Position numbers and translations under genes: made by a program. Shown piece after piece: positions 1 to 11,800 of a stretch of 64,000 nucleotides of DNA (positions are counted from its first letter, which is position 1; the number at the start of each line of letters is the position of its first letter). Source of the DNA: Asterias rubens (taxonomy: Eukaryota); contig NC_047066.1 of NCBI RefSeq assembly GCF_902459465.1, positions 9,176,001 through 9,240,000 of the forward strand, given 5' to 3'. Under the pieces are notes generated by a model that saw nothing but the letters and a program-made list of their open reading frames with translations, had not been told where the DNA came from and did not search any database.

Positions 1-366
1 GTAATTACTCAAAATAATTATTAGCATAAAACCTTTCTTGGTGACGAGTAATGGGGAGAGGTTGATGGTATAAAACATTGTGAGAAATGGCTCCCTCTGA
101 AGTGTCATAGTTTTTGAGATAGAAGTAAGTTTCCAAGAATTTGATTTTGAGACGTCAGATTTAGAACTTGAGGTCTCGAAATCAACCATCTAAACGCACA
201 CAACTTCGTGTGACAAGGGTGGTTTTTTTCTTTCATTATTATCTCGCAACTTTGATGACCTATTGAGCTAAAATTTTCACAGGTTAGTTATTTTATGCAT
301 ATGTTAAGATACACCAACTGTGAAGGCTAGTCTTTGACAATTACCAATAGTGTCCACTGCCTTTAA
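1..366 (+). mobile_element. MITE family A copy (TTAA-flanked, Kolobok-like), cut by the window start
   Basis: Ends ...CAATTACCAATAGTGTCCACTGCCTTTAA; body near-identical to the copies at 16618, 44022 and 52568. Confidence 0.85.
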
Positions 367-1439
367 AGCAGCTTTCCATAGTATAAATCACTTTGAGAAT
401 CATTTCACTTTTAAGTAATGTGGTTATTAAAACGATATCAGTTTGTAAAGCCCAAATTTTGAATTCCTATGAGAACTAGTCTTCCTACATGTACGTGGAA
501 ATGCATTAACCGCTCTGGATTTTATTTTAAAAAAGCGACCACCATTTGAAATTAAATTTTCACATGTTAGTTTTGCTGTTGCACTGGGCGTACATTTCAT
601 AGGTCTGTTCACCACGGAATTCTGTGCTTAATTAAGGCTACCATCCTCTGCATACAAAGTTAACGCACAATTTCTGCACCAGCTGTCAGGCTGTGTAACC
701 AAAGATTGCTCAGGAATAACTTAATGTCGCACAAGCACAAGAGCAAAAGCTCCACACTAACCTGGGTAAATACGCTTATGATAAGCACTTACGTGTACAT
801 TAAGCAGCAATTAAGCAGCAATAGAAGAGCCATGAACTTTGTCCATGGTCTATGTATACATAGGTGTGCTCTTGCAAAATCACAAAAGACACAGTGACGT
901 GACTTAATGAGTGATTTTCTCAAGTTTTCTCAAACTGTTTAATTTAAAGGGATACTGCATTTCACCACATCATATTCGCACATGCTTGATCGAGCGCATT
1001 GGCACACTAAGCGATTATGTAATCTCGACCACAAGAGAACTTTCTATTGTTGAGTTTTAAAAAAAAACTCACAGGTTTGCATGGAAGGCCCATTGCCAAA
1101 TATCATATGACCAAGTCGAGCATTTCTGCAAACTTTAAATTAAAAATTGTGTTCTTTAGTGAAGCAGGGTCCAACATTAAAAAGCTCTTTGACTCTACTT
1201 AAAATAAATAATCAGATAAAGCTGTCTTTGCAATGGACCAAAAATGCATTGATATGAATTCCCTATAAGGAAAAAACCAATGCAGTCAGGCAGGTACTAC
1301 CCAATCCACAAGCAAGGCTCCGGTCAGAAACCACTGAGCCAACCTGACTACCCTGAATTGGTCTGTGTGCTATTTGTGCCTGTTTCCTTCTGAACAGTTT
1401 TACACAAGATTTAAGACATTATCAACTTATAATAATAAC

Positions 1440-1730
1440 AATAATATAATACTTGAAAAGCACAACATATCCACCTAACAAGTAGGTGCTCAAGGGCGCA
1501 ACAAAAAAGGAACAATGGGTTTTAGGCAATTACCATGAGGTTGGTTTTAAGGGAAGTTTTGAAGGAGTTGAGGGTTGAAATAGAGCAATGTTACGAGGAA
1601 GGCTGTTCCAAAGAAGAGGGGCAGCAGTACGGAAAGATCTGTCTCCCCGGGAGCAGTAAGTACTCGATTCAGTCAGAAGAAGTTGATGTGCCGAACAAAG
1701 ACCAGCTCGACTGGAGTTACAAGGCATGAT
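1440..1730 (-). mobile_element. LINE (L2/CR1-group) 3' fragment
   Basis: Minus-strand translation GDRSFRTAAPLLWNSLPRNI matches the conserved end of L2-type ORF2; followed by a short tail ending in (ATT)n. Confidence 0.75.
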
Positions 1731-1756
1731 GAGTTCAGAAAAGAATATCTACTTAC

Positions 1757-4700
1757 TCTATTCAGCTGATCAGCGGTGTCTTCAGCGACTGTCTGCTGCT
1801 TTAGATGTTTATTGACAAGTTGGAACAGATTGTGTGTTGCCCTACAAAAAAAAAAAATAATCATCATTTTGCATGTGATTTAAACTCGTTTACTTGAACC
1901 CAAACTTAAAAGGTTTGGTACTATAATATCCACAGATTTACATTAAACTTATAATACAAGGTTTCAAGATAATGATGGTACAACGCTTCCCTTAAAATAA
2001 TTCTTGCTGAGGTGCTGTTGCTTTTGAGAATTGAGTAAAACAATGTTTTGAAATTACCGGTAATCTTCCTCTTAGGTTTTTTTATATATTTTTTGTTAGC
2101 ATGTACAAAGTATATATTATGCGACTCTCCTAAAAACATTGCTCCGTGATTTTCACTTCTTTTCTCTCAAGAACTCACGACTAATGAAGCAGAAACTTCA
2201 ACAGGTAAACTATATTACATTCATCGTCATTCACAGTGAGTAGCGATTCATGTCATGGCCAAAAAAACATGATCTACAAAAGGTATCAAAACCCTTTAAA
2301 AAGTTAAAAGGGGATTACATTTGCTATTGAATGAAAATCATTGCCACTTAGTTCTGATTGAACGTCATGGCCGACTTCAGCACAATAAATTTATCTAATT
2401 GAAAAATGATGAAGGTTGCAATCCAATTTGGAAAAGCTGATTATCAGTACAGTAATTCAATTAGCCAACAAAAGCTCAATACCGTTTTCTTTATTCTGTA
2501 CATATGTATTGTGTAAAGGTCAAAATTGTGTGTATTTTTTTTTAGTTTATTTACATTTGTGCACAGTGCAAGACGAAGCATTTCATGTAAAGTATTGTTG
2601 AAGCTTTGCATGGTGTGGATAAATAGGAAAAAAATATATCAATAAATAGTAAACTTGAGGGAACAGCCATGTGTAAATCTCTTTTGTGGGAGTGTTGGTG
2701 TGGTCTCGACGTTTCAATTAGTATTCCCTCATCTCAGAAAAATGCTGGACTGGTGAATTTCAAGTTGTTTTAAAATCATTGTGACCAATAACTGAATAAA
2801 TTATTTAATTAATTAATAAGTAACACTATCTACAAGTGGGGCCCCGGGTGAGCTTGACAGTAAAAATCAAACCCCGTTATTACACCCTGGCTCTGACTGC
2901 TTGACTGTTCTCTTGCCTACCATCTTGAAGCCACTTCTAGCATGACGCATACAGCTTAAAGAAGGGGGCTGACGGTAAGCCAAAGCTGCAGCCAGGGAAA
3001 TTAATAGTAAAAAGTGTCCCATGTTTGTTGTCATACTCACATTTTAATTCTTCCTAGTAACAAAGTCTTCTTGGCTGCGGTGTTCTTGATATGTGTCCAT
3101 TGGGACTCCCTGTTTAGTGATAGAAAAACAATAAATACATACAGGCTGTAAAAATAACACTATGGTGAAGTACTTGTAGGGCTTGAAATACCCGTTGCAC
3201 CACTAGCCACAATTCACTAACCAGTGGCGTAACCGACATTCTCATATTTAACAATTTATCTTTCTAGGAGTTGGGGCAAGTGGGGTGAAGACATGATCTG
3301 GTGGGGTTATAAAATGCATTGAGTTATTTATTTGTGTATCGTTTGTATCTCATTTGGGGGACAAAGAGGACACAAGGGTTTGTGAGTAAATCCTTAAAAA
3401 AAATATGTGTTTGGAAAAACAATAGGACTCCAGGACTTACATGTATTGGGTTATGAATGGCATAGCCATATGAGGGAGTGGCTTTGTCGAGAAAATCATC
3501 CCAACAAAAACAAAAACAAACAAACAAACAAACTACATACCATTTAACAGCTTCACTCTGAGCTCTGTCCAGCCTCGTCTGTAACTGTGCAAGCTTGTTA
3601 TTATAATGAAGAATCTCATTGTTCTTCTCTTCTGTGAACTTCACCAGAGCTCCTCTTTCTTTCTCCACTGCATCTTGCGTCCTGTGAGCCTTATCCAGCA
3701 GATCCTAAAGGAGGCAAGAAAGGAGATGGGAGGAAGAGGGATGAAGATGAAGTCAATACATGAAGTTGGAGATCAATCAATCAAAATGAAGCGCACGTAA
3801 GAAGTAAATTAAAGTCATTGATGTTAGGCTTCCTGAAGCAAGTGGGCTTTCAGAAGTGTCTCAAATGTGTTGAAGGATGTTGTGTCCCTGATGTGATTTG
3901 GAAGTTTAAACTAAAGCGACGTGTTTTATCTGAATTTATTTTTGTAAATAAAGATACGCCAACTTTCGCATGGGGAGAACACTTGGAACAGTTTCATACT
4001 TACACTATGCGTTGCGACCAGCGTCTCATAGCGAGCGATAATCTCTCGGATTTCATGGAACTCTTCAGCGGCCTCCAGCGTTCGCTCCAAGTAACGGTGA
4101 TAGATTTTATGTTTGTTGAGACGACCGAGAAGTTTATCCTTTGACCCCTGGAGGTCTTTTTTCTCATCCAGTAATCTAAAGGAAGGAAATAATTAAATGA
4201 GAAGGTTTGTAATATTAATAATGACTAGTTCTTATATAGCGCATTTCACAATAATGTCTCAATGCGCTTTACGATTTACTTGCCCTGGTCAATGGGCTTA
4301 TAACATTCCTTTAATCTTTCTAAGCTCCCTAGGGAGTATACAGCCCTGAGCTGCCATGGCGCCATAGTGGCTTTTTTATAGACAATATGAACCTCTACCC
4401 CGGCAGGTACCCATTTTTACCCCTGGGTGAAGAGAAGCAATTATAGTAAAGCATCTTGCTCAATTACGGACACAAGTGTCATGGCAGGGATTCAAACCCG
4501 AGTCCGATGACTTTACAACCAGAACTTGAATTAGATGCTCTAAACCACTCGGCCACAACCCCCTGGTGCTTATTAAGCCATTGTGTAGGAGAGTTATTCC
4601 CTAAAGCAGTGTAATAAGGAATTCACATGCCTGATGCTCTATTCTTAAAAATGGAAACGGCACCAGACTAAAGGGCATTGACCAGGGGTCCGATGTGTTT

Positions 4701-7700
4701 GACTGCTCGGCCGCCCGCAACACACCTTGGGCAATCAGTGCATTCAAGAAGCTACATGTATTAACGTTTCAATGTGTTCTATAAGTGAGCACTTAAATTA
4801 CATTTTGAGATGTAATTATAGTTTAATGGAATTGAAAGACATCCTTTACCAGTGGGCGACAATCGGCTTAACAACATCTACATTTTCCTGTTACTTTTTC
4901 AGATTACTTGATATATAAGCTTTTCATTATCCTTTCAACTAAAACCCCATGATTTTCTTCCACTCACCTGAAGATTTCTTTCTCTTTAGACTTTCTCAAC
5001 TCTCTCTCGTCAAATGCTTTCTTGACAGCCCTGGCACGCTTGGAATCATTTTCCTGTCAAAAATAAGGACATTTTAAATCAGTAACAGAAACAAATTAGC
5101 TTTTTCTAATGTAAAATGTCTGAATGTACTTAAACTTTGCCTTTAAAAAATTATTTGATGCGATATAATTTCTTTTTTAGGCCTACATTTTTTGTAAAAA
5201 ACAACTGAAAATAATTACTTGAATAGAAGAATCTGCCGAGACATTTTGTGAACTAAAAAAGATGATAAACCTTAATTAATAATTAAAAATAAACAACCCC
5301 AAAATGCAAGTTAAAAAAAAAAAAAATAATCTTCCATATAAAGACACAAGTTGTAAATTAAATCAAATTTTTAATGACATAGGGGGGCCTAACAAGTGTA
5401 GGCCTAAAACAGTTTCTATCCTGAGATAAAAATTCAATTCAATTCAATTCAATTTACATGTTTTAATTATACTGTAAGTGTTAAACCCATGTGATATCAG
5501 GGGTCGATTTCACAAAAGATAGTCCTAACTAACTTAGGACTGGACCTACTGTAGTCCTAGATTAAAAAACTTAAGGCTAGTCCTAACTCAAGATAATACT
5601 AGTCCTAACTCTTTGTGAAATCCACCCCTGCTTACTCTAACCATGGAGGTCACCAATGCACTCTAGGGACCAAGAAGGCAAAATGGTCTGGCACCGTTAT
5701 GGTGGAATGAGATGGAGGTATTCATATTGCTATAGCACACTGGGGACATGACAAACATGGTTGCAGCATTTACCAGTTTCAATACGAGAGGGAAATGAAA
5801 GAAAAGAAAGAGGAAAACAATTACAAAAAAATAATCACATAACATGTAATAATAAAAATACAGTGGCAAACAACAGAGAAATATTCAATATTCAACAATA
5901 AAACAATTAAATCTTTGATTACCGGTATGATATAACACATCAATTGGGGGGGGGGGGGGTAGAATAAGATTTGAATGAGTCAACTTGCAGTATACACATT
6001 GTACAATGCAAAGCAAAACACTTGTCATTTCGTTTGTTAATACACTCTACGTGGCCTATAATTAATACATGTAGCAAGTAACATAAATCTAAAATCTGTG
6101 GACTATGGACTAAACCTGGTATTTAAAAGAGTTTTCAAATGCATCACAAAAGAAAAAGGAAAAAGCATTTTTATAAAGTTAATAAAACATACAATTTCAA
6201 AGGAAACACATTAGAAAAACATATAATAAACGTGTCTATTTAATGAACACAATATGCAGCGCATGCAGCTGTGGTCAAGTGGTTAGACTGCAGGACTTGC
6301 AATCACAAGAATGTGATTTTGAATCCGGCCAAGCTAATCGCTCAACAATGACCAGAAATAGTATTGTCATCTATGTGAGTCAGTGAGTATACTCCAAAGG
6401 AGGTTTCTGCACAGTAGGGCCTATAAGAAGGTGATGATGATATAGCCCCCTTCTAATTTATAGATTTGTAAAACACCAACATTAATCTGACCTTGAGGAA
6501 TTTGTCAAACTTAAGAAGCGATTCCTTCAGCTGGTATTCTTTCCTGTCGAGTTCTTCTCTTCTCTGTTGCAGACTCTCCATCTTCATCTGGAACTCCTAT
6601 GATTTTAAAGATACAAAAATATTAATTTTGTGTTAAGGGTACACACAGTGTCTAGAGATTTGATGTTTTTTTTAAAAACTTTAATGACATTCGACTGGGA
6701 GATAGTCCCATACACTGTTGCACCACAACTGCACAGGAAGACTATTAGACCTGTTCGCAAATAACTGTTGAATGGGGTGAATGTGAATTCTAGGACAGCT
6801 AAGGATCAAATTTGATCCCCAGCTAGACCAGAATACACCTAATTCCAAGCCTCACACGGGCGCCCGAGTATTTGCAATAATGGGTGCGTTCCTTTAGCTT
6901 CCCTGGGTCGACCCCGGTCTGCCCCCGGTGCGTTCGAATAGCTTTGACGTCATTCCAGGGGCTCACCCGGTCAGCCCCCAGTACTGCTTGTGGAGTGGGT
7001 CACTTGGGGGTGACCTGAGGTGCATGCCGTCACCACGAAAGGGCGAGTGTGATCGTTCGATTAGCTCTTGTCAGGGGCTCACCCGAGTGAGCACTGCGGG
7101 GTACACCCAGGGAAGCTAAACGAACGCACCCAATGTGGAACTGTCCGGCTACGCCCTCAGTGTCTTTCTTTATTTGCCACAGGCTGTAATACTACATGTA
7201 CTGTGTGGATAAGGCCTAGACTTGATGAACACTGTATCTATTTTTCAGAATCTATTGAACTACTTGTGTCAGGCGGGGCCTGCAATTTCATTTTAGAAAG
7301 GGCAAGGTCATTTTAATTTTGCAAAGGGAACTTTCATTGTAAAATCTGATATAGTCTATATTGGAAACTTTTGAAGGGGCTCCAAGGCCAACCCAAGGGC
7401 TAACAGTGGCCATGGCCTTCTTGGTCTCCGTGTAATTCCAGGCCTGAAGAAAACTACTTTCTTCAAAAGTCTACAGTCTGCTGTGGTACTTGGTGGAGTT
7501 GGAACTTTTTCTCTTTTTCTATCTACATGTAACTCGCACTAACATTCTTCAAAATTCAAAAGTCTGACTGTGGAATTGTGTGGAAGTCCATTACATTGAT
7601 ACGGCAACACACATATTCTTCAAAATTCCTCAAGATTACGACTTTAAGGAAATCAGCAGAATATGTTGTTGAACAGAGTGAACTGACTGAAGGAAGGAAA

Positions 7701-8669
7701 AGTCAATATTTAGTTAGTTAAACAGAACTAAAATTACCTCTTTCTGGGCGGCCAATGCTTGTTCAACCTCTGACATTTCTCTGCGTTTCTCAAGTAATCT
7801 GGTAGCTGGGGTCAGGTGGTCATCTTCACGCTCCGGCATTTTACTGAACATGGTGGGAATCAAAAACAATCAAAAAAGTTAAATCCTGCATTACAAATTT
7901 TGAAAAGGATCAAACCTAAGTTTCAGGGGGAAAATGCCTGATTTGTTGAGAGAAAACAAAAAATCTGTAGCCCTTTGAGTAATATTGTATCACTGTGAAA
8001 GTATTTTCTAAAGCTGTATTTAATCAAAACCAATTATTTCAAATTTATAATAAAGTATTTTATAAGGCTGAATCACACTGCAGCGATAACGGAAACGATA
8101 ATGAAGTTAATCATTGTTAATTACCTTTTAAATCGTCACAAAAATTCATATATTTTTATCATGAGTGAATGTTGTCCTCCACTTACATTGTACACACACG
8201 ACTGGCATGGTTGAAAATGACAATAGATTTTAGAATAGATGGATGGCATAACTACTGCTATCCTAAACTATAAATTGTATTGTTTATCCAAACCTTTGGC
8301 AAATTTAAATTTAAGGAAAAATATTGTACAATCTTAAATCTTGGCTACCTAACTAAAACAAAAATAATTATTAAATTAAATATAATTTTGTAACAAATAC
8401 TCTCTACAAAGTAACATTATAAGAAATTCAAATATGCAGCATTGATACTGATCTGTTGTGTTAAAAGTTGTGTTTATGTTTTTAATTACAGTGTCACATT
8501 TATTCCACTAAGTTTATTCAATTTTAAAGTTCAATGAGAAAATTATTGAATTGAAAGACAGCACAGAATTGACGGCTACTTCGACAAAAACACTTCAGCA
8601 AATGTAAACTTACACGAGGAGCTTGTCCTCAAATGTCGTCCTGAAGTACTCTTCTAAACTCACAGTCAT
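1757..8669 (-). CDS. CCDC42: Coiled-coil domain-containing protein 42 homolog (CCDC42/CFAP73 family, DUF4200), 3'-partial
   Basis: Phase-consistent GT-AG exons 8614-8669, 7738-7843, 6492-6596, 4968-5053, 4004-4175, 3541-3704, 3041-3109, 1757-1841. Translation MTVSLEEYFRTTFEDKLLVKMPEREDDHLTPATRLLEKRREMSEVEQALAAQKEEFQMKMESLQQRREELDRKEYQLKESLLKFDKFLKENDSKR...[30 protein letters not shown] matches the family signature. Terminal exon not found in 1-1756, presumably beyond the window edge. CCDC42 versus CFAP73 orthology not resolvable by eye. Confidence 0.92.
1906..2299. mobile_element. MITE family D (TTAA-AGGTTTGG termini)
   Basis: TTAAAAGGTTTGGTAC ... GGTATCAAAACCCTTTAA; a related partial copy at ~13999-14150 shares CCCTTAAAATA..TTGCTGAGGTGCTG..TTTTGAGAA. 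Confidence 0.7.
3720..3935 (-). mobile_element. LINE (L2-like) 3' fragment
   Basis: The minus strand encodes LPNHIRDTTSFNTFETLLKAHLLQEA, the typical L2 ORF2 terminus. Confidence 0.6.
4211..4560 (-). mobile_element. tRNA-derived SINE, full length
   Basis: The minus strand has an A box (GTGGCCGAGTGG), a B-box-like GGGTTTGAATCCC, central CTCTTCACCCAGGGGTAAAAATGGGTACC and a LINE-like tail GTAAAGCGCATTGAG...AAATGCGCTATATAAG. Confidence 0.8.
5498..5630. mobile_element. MITE with internal AGTCCTA repeats (second copy 48228-48380)
   Basis: GGGGTCGATTTCACAAA ... TTTGTGAAATCCACCCC termini; interior built of TAGGACT/AGTCCTA units; inverted copy at 48228-48380. Confidence 0.8.
6882..7131. mobile_element. 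GC-rich MITE with 3-bp AAT target duplication (PIF/Harbinger-like)
   Basis: TIR GGGTGCGTTCCTTTAGCTTCCCTGGGT / ACCCAGGGAAGCTAAACGAACGCACCC, flanked by AAT on both sides. Confidence 0.8.
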
Positions 8670-8855
8670 CTTGACAGTTATTTCTTTGACTACAAAATTG
8701 AAAATGAAGAAAATACAGTAAAATTTTTCGTAAGTAAAACTCCAAAACTGCACAAAGTCCTTTCCGTGTAAAAATCACTTAGCAACACGACTTTGATTGG
8801 CGAATATCGACCACTTGGTGGCGCTCTAATCTCTTCTGCCAAAACTTCTGCAAAA
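8670..8855. promoter_or_regulatory. Compact bidirectional promoter region, CCDC42/NIPSNAP
   Basis: Divergent start codons only 186 bp apart; locally CpG-richer; CTCF-like CCACTTGGTGGCGC at 8811-8824; YY1-like AAAATGGCG overlapping the NIPSNAP ATG. Confidence 0.75.
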
Positions 8856-11800
8856 ATGGCGATGAATGGACGACATTTGCTATTTCGCTCTTCACATTTC
8901 CTGCGGAATGCAGGGATTGTCAAACATGCACAGGCTCTGCAAAGGTACTGTTTACAGAACACATCTTTAAGTTATATTTCAGTCATTTTCAATGAGTTAG
9001 CATCGGTATTTATAACTAAAATATGGTTTTGAATTTTAGCCAAAGTCTGTTAAAATAGTTCTTATCAAATCAAACACGTACAATCTGTGTCAGTGAACTC
9101 TGTGCTGTGTGTGCAGTGGTACGTACACATTGGGAAAAATACAGGAGTCCATTTGTTTATATCGCTCTTTGAGTTTTGGGGCATGTTGGGGGATAATAAG
9201 ACTAAGAGGCTTTGATTGTGAATGAATCTGTGTGGGTTAGACTTAGAGCTACTACATTAAAATACAACAATACAAATACCAGTGGAACTTAGCACAACCA
9301 CACAACACAACGAGGAGAATTGACGAGCAGCCAAAATAACTAACAAACTGACAAACAAAGGCACCCTTCCCCTTTTTATTATTAGTTTACTGACTGGCTT
9401 TCAAGATTCTGCTGAGCCAAATAGGCGGTAGTTTAGGAATAATGAAGGCTTTGGTTGGTTCTCTTTTTAAAATTACGTGACGACCAATTTTGTACACTGC
9501 AATAAATAATGATGTATATTTTTTTATATTTTTTTTCTTCAGACCGTACTCTTCCAGTCAAAACGAGGGATGGCTGAAAAACCTACTCCATGTCAAGAAA
9601 GTCGAGCCAGCTAAGGCAGCACACTCAGAAACGCTCACAAATAAAGAAGTTGTATATGAAATGCAGAGTAAGCAATCCTTGTTGATAATGACAGTTTTTA
9701 CCTTAATTTCACGATCCAAATTATCCAATCAACAACAGGTGTTGATGTTTTTTCATGTAGTTTTGTTTTTACCATTACATCAATGTGTATTCAGTTCTTT
9801 TTTTAGTTCTGTGGGGTAAAAAATCCACAGGCAAATCACTTGGGTGGAATTCAAACCCACAACCTTTGCATTGCTACGACAGCATAATGTCTTATCAATA
9901 GTCTACCAAGCTAGCCCATTGGCTAGAGATAAGTAAGATAAGATAAGAACTTTATTATCCCAGTTTGAATGTTTTTTTGAGAATCAATGTTCTTGAGTAT
10001 GCCCAGACCAGTTCAAATGAAGACCTGGAATTGCGTCTTTGAGCAGGGCAATTTTCATGTTGCAAAGGGCACTTCTTGTTGAAACTCTTTGAAGGGGCAC
10101 CGATACCAGAGACCAGGGGCAACAGAGGCTGTGCCTTGGTGAATTCCAGCCCTGCTATGATCAGAAATGGTCTAAGCAAGATCGAAATGTCTTTTGGATC
10201 CTGGTCAAAATGAATGTTCAGAATGACAGTGCAAAATCACACCAGTCCCGGTGTTTTTGCTTGCAGTGTTGCACTCGTAGGCATGTTGTAGGTTTTTACA
10301 CTTTTTCTAAATGTCAAATTTTTGTTTTCTCTCCTCTGTGTTTTTGCAGTACATAATATCAAACCGGACAGGATGAGAGATTATATTCAAGCATCGTAAG
10401 TATTTAATTCATTATTTGTTGGGGAAATGAGAAGGCAAAACAAAGGGCTAATAGTCATTTTCTTCTTGGACGTTCAGACCAATGCAATCCTGTATGATTT
10501 GTCTTTGAAAGGGCAAGGACACCAAGGCATTTTCTCCCTGGTAAAGGGCATCCTATGACCCAACATGCTCAAAGAGGAAATTGTAAACTTCTAATGGAGC
10601 ATTTCTAGGGCACCAATGCAATGACCAGGGGGCATGGAGGCAATCGCCTTCATTGCCTCCATGAAGTATCAGGCCCTGCCATGGGGTAAATTGTCTGAAG
10701 GCGCCTTATCCACAGTTTAGTTAGCATTGTGAATACATCTGTTGATGCAGTCTTTATCTGTCTTTGTGTTTGCATTGATTTCCAGAGAGCACTGTCTGAA
10801 GAGAATTCATGAGAATCCAGACTTTCCTTGTAGATTGTTTGGCAGCTGGAGTACGGCCTTTGGGCATCAGGATCAAGCAGGTAAGCAACCTCACCCGGTC
10901 CCTCCCTACAACCCGAAAGTCCTTCATACTGTACCACTCATTTTCTCTCAGTTTCATGGTTTCAGTACCACACACACACACCTAACACACTGCTTTCCAT
11001 GGGTGTTATGGGTGAGTGGTTAAGAGCAGCAAATTCAAGCTCTGGTGGTTACGTCATGCGAGTGTTGTTTAGGGTCCCGGTCATGACACTTGTGCTCTGA
11101 TACTTTACTTTAAATGATTCTCTTCACCCAGGGGTATAAATGGGTACCTGCGAGGGAAGAGGTTGGTGTTGCGAATGAAAAAGCAACTATGTCCATACAG
11201 CAGCTGAGAGTTGTATACTCCATAGGGAGCTAAGGAAGATTAAAATGAATGTCACTGGCCTACTGACCAGGGCACTAATGTAAAGCGCATTGAGACGGTT
11301 ATTGTGAAATGCGCTATGTAAGAACTTGTTATTATATAATTGTTAACATTATGGGGTCAGGCATACCTAGGATTGGGACATTTAACCTTTGAACATAACA
11401 AATCGTGGAAATCCACATTTTAAAATAACCTTTTTATCTTGTATCTCTTTGTTATAGTTCACATCTGGTTCTACGATACTGGTTACCATGGTGTGAAGAC
11501 AATGTCAGAAAAACTATGGGAGGACAAGGTAAGGTCATCCACAAATGTAACTTCTTATAATCATCAAGACTTTATGACTATAAGGCACTGGACACTATTG
11601 GTAATTACGAGTAAAAAGTTATAAGTAAATTTGCATTTGCTTAATTTTGTTTTTGTTTTCATTTTCTAAGGAATATAACGAGTATAAGAAACTCCGAGGT
11701 GAGATGTTGATGGACAGAAGTAACTCACTCCTTCTTCCGTTCAGCTTCTGGGGAAAGCCACAACCCACGGATACAGGAAATCTCTACGAACTCAGGAGCT

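Noticed and set aside
420-1750. Terminal exon of CCDC42
   Set aside because: No in-frame exon with the expected IQxFIQDL-type ending and a good acceptor was found; it probably lies beyond the window start.
6264-6335. tRNA-like sequences (also ~9830-9930, 12980-13060, 14340-14410)
   Set aside because: Degenerate A/B boxes without an intact cloverleaf or acceptor stem: SINE heads, not tRNA genes.
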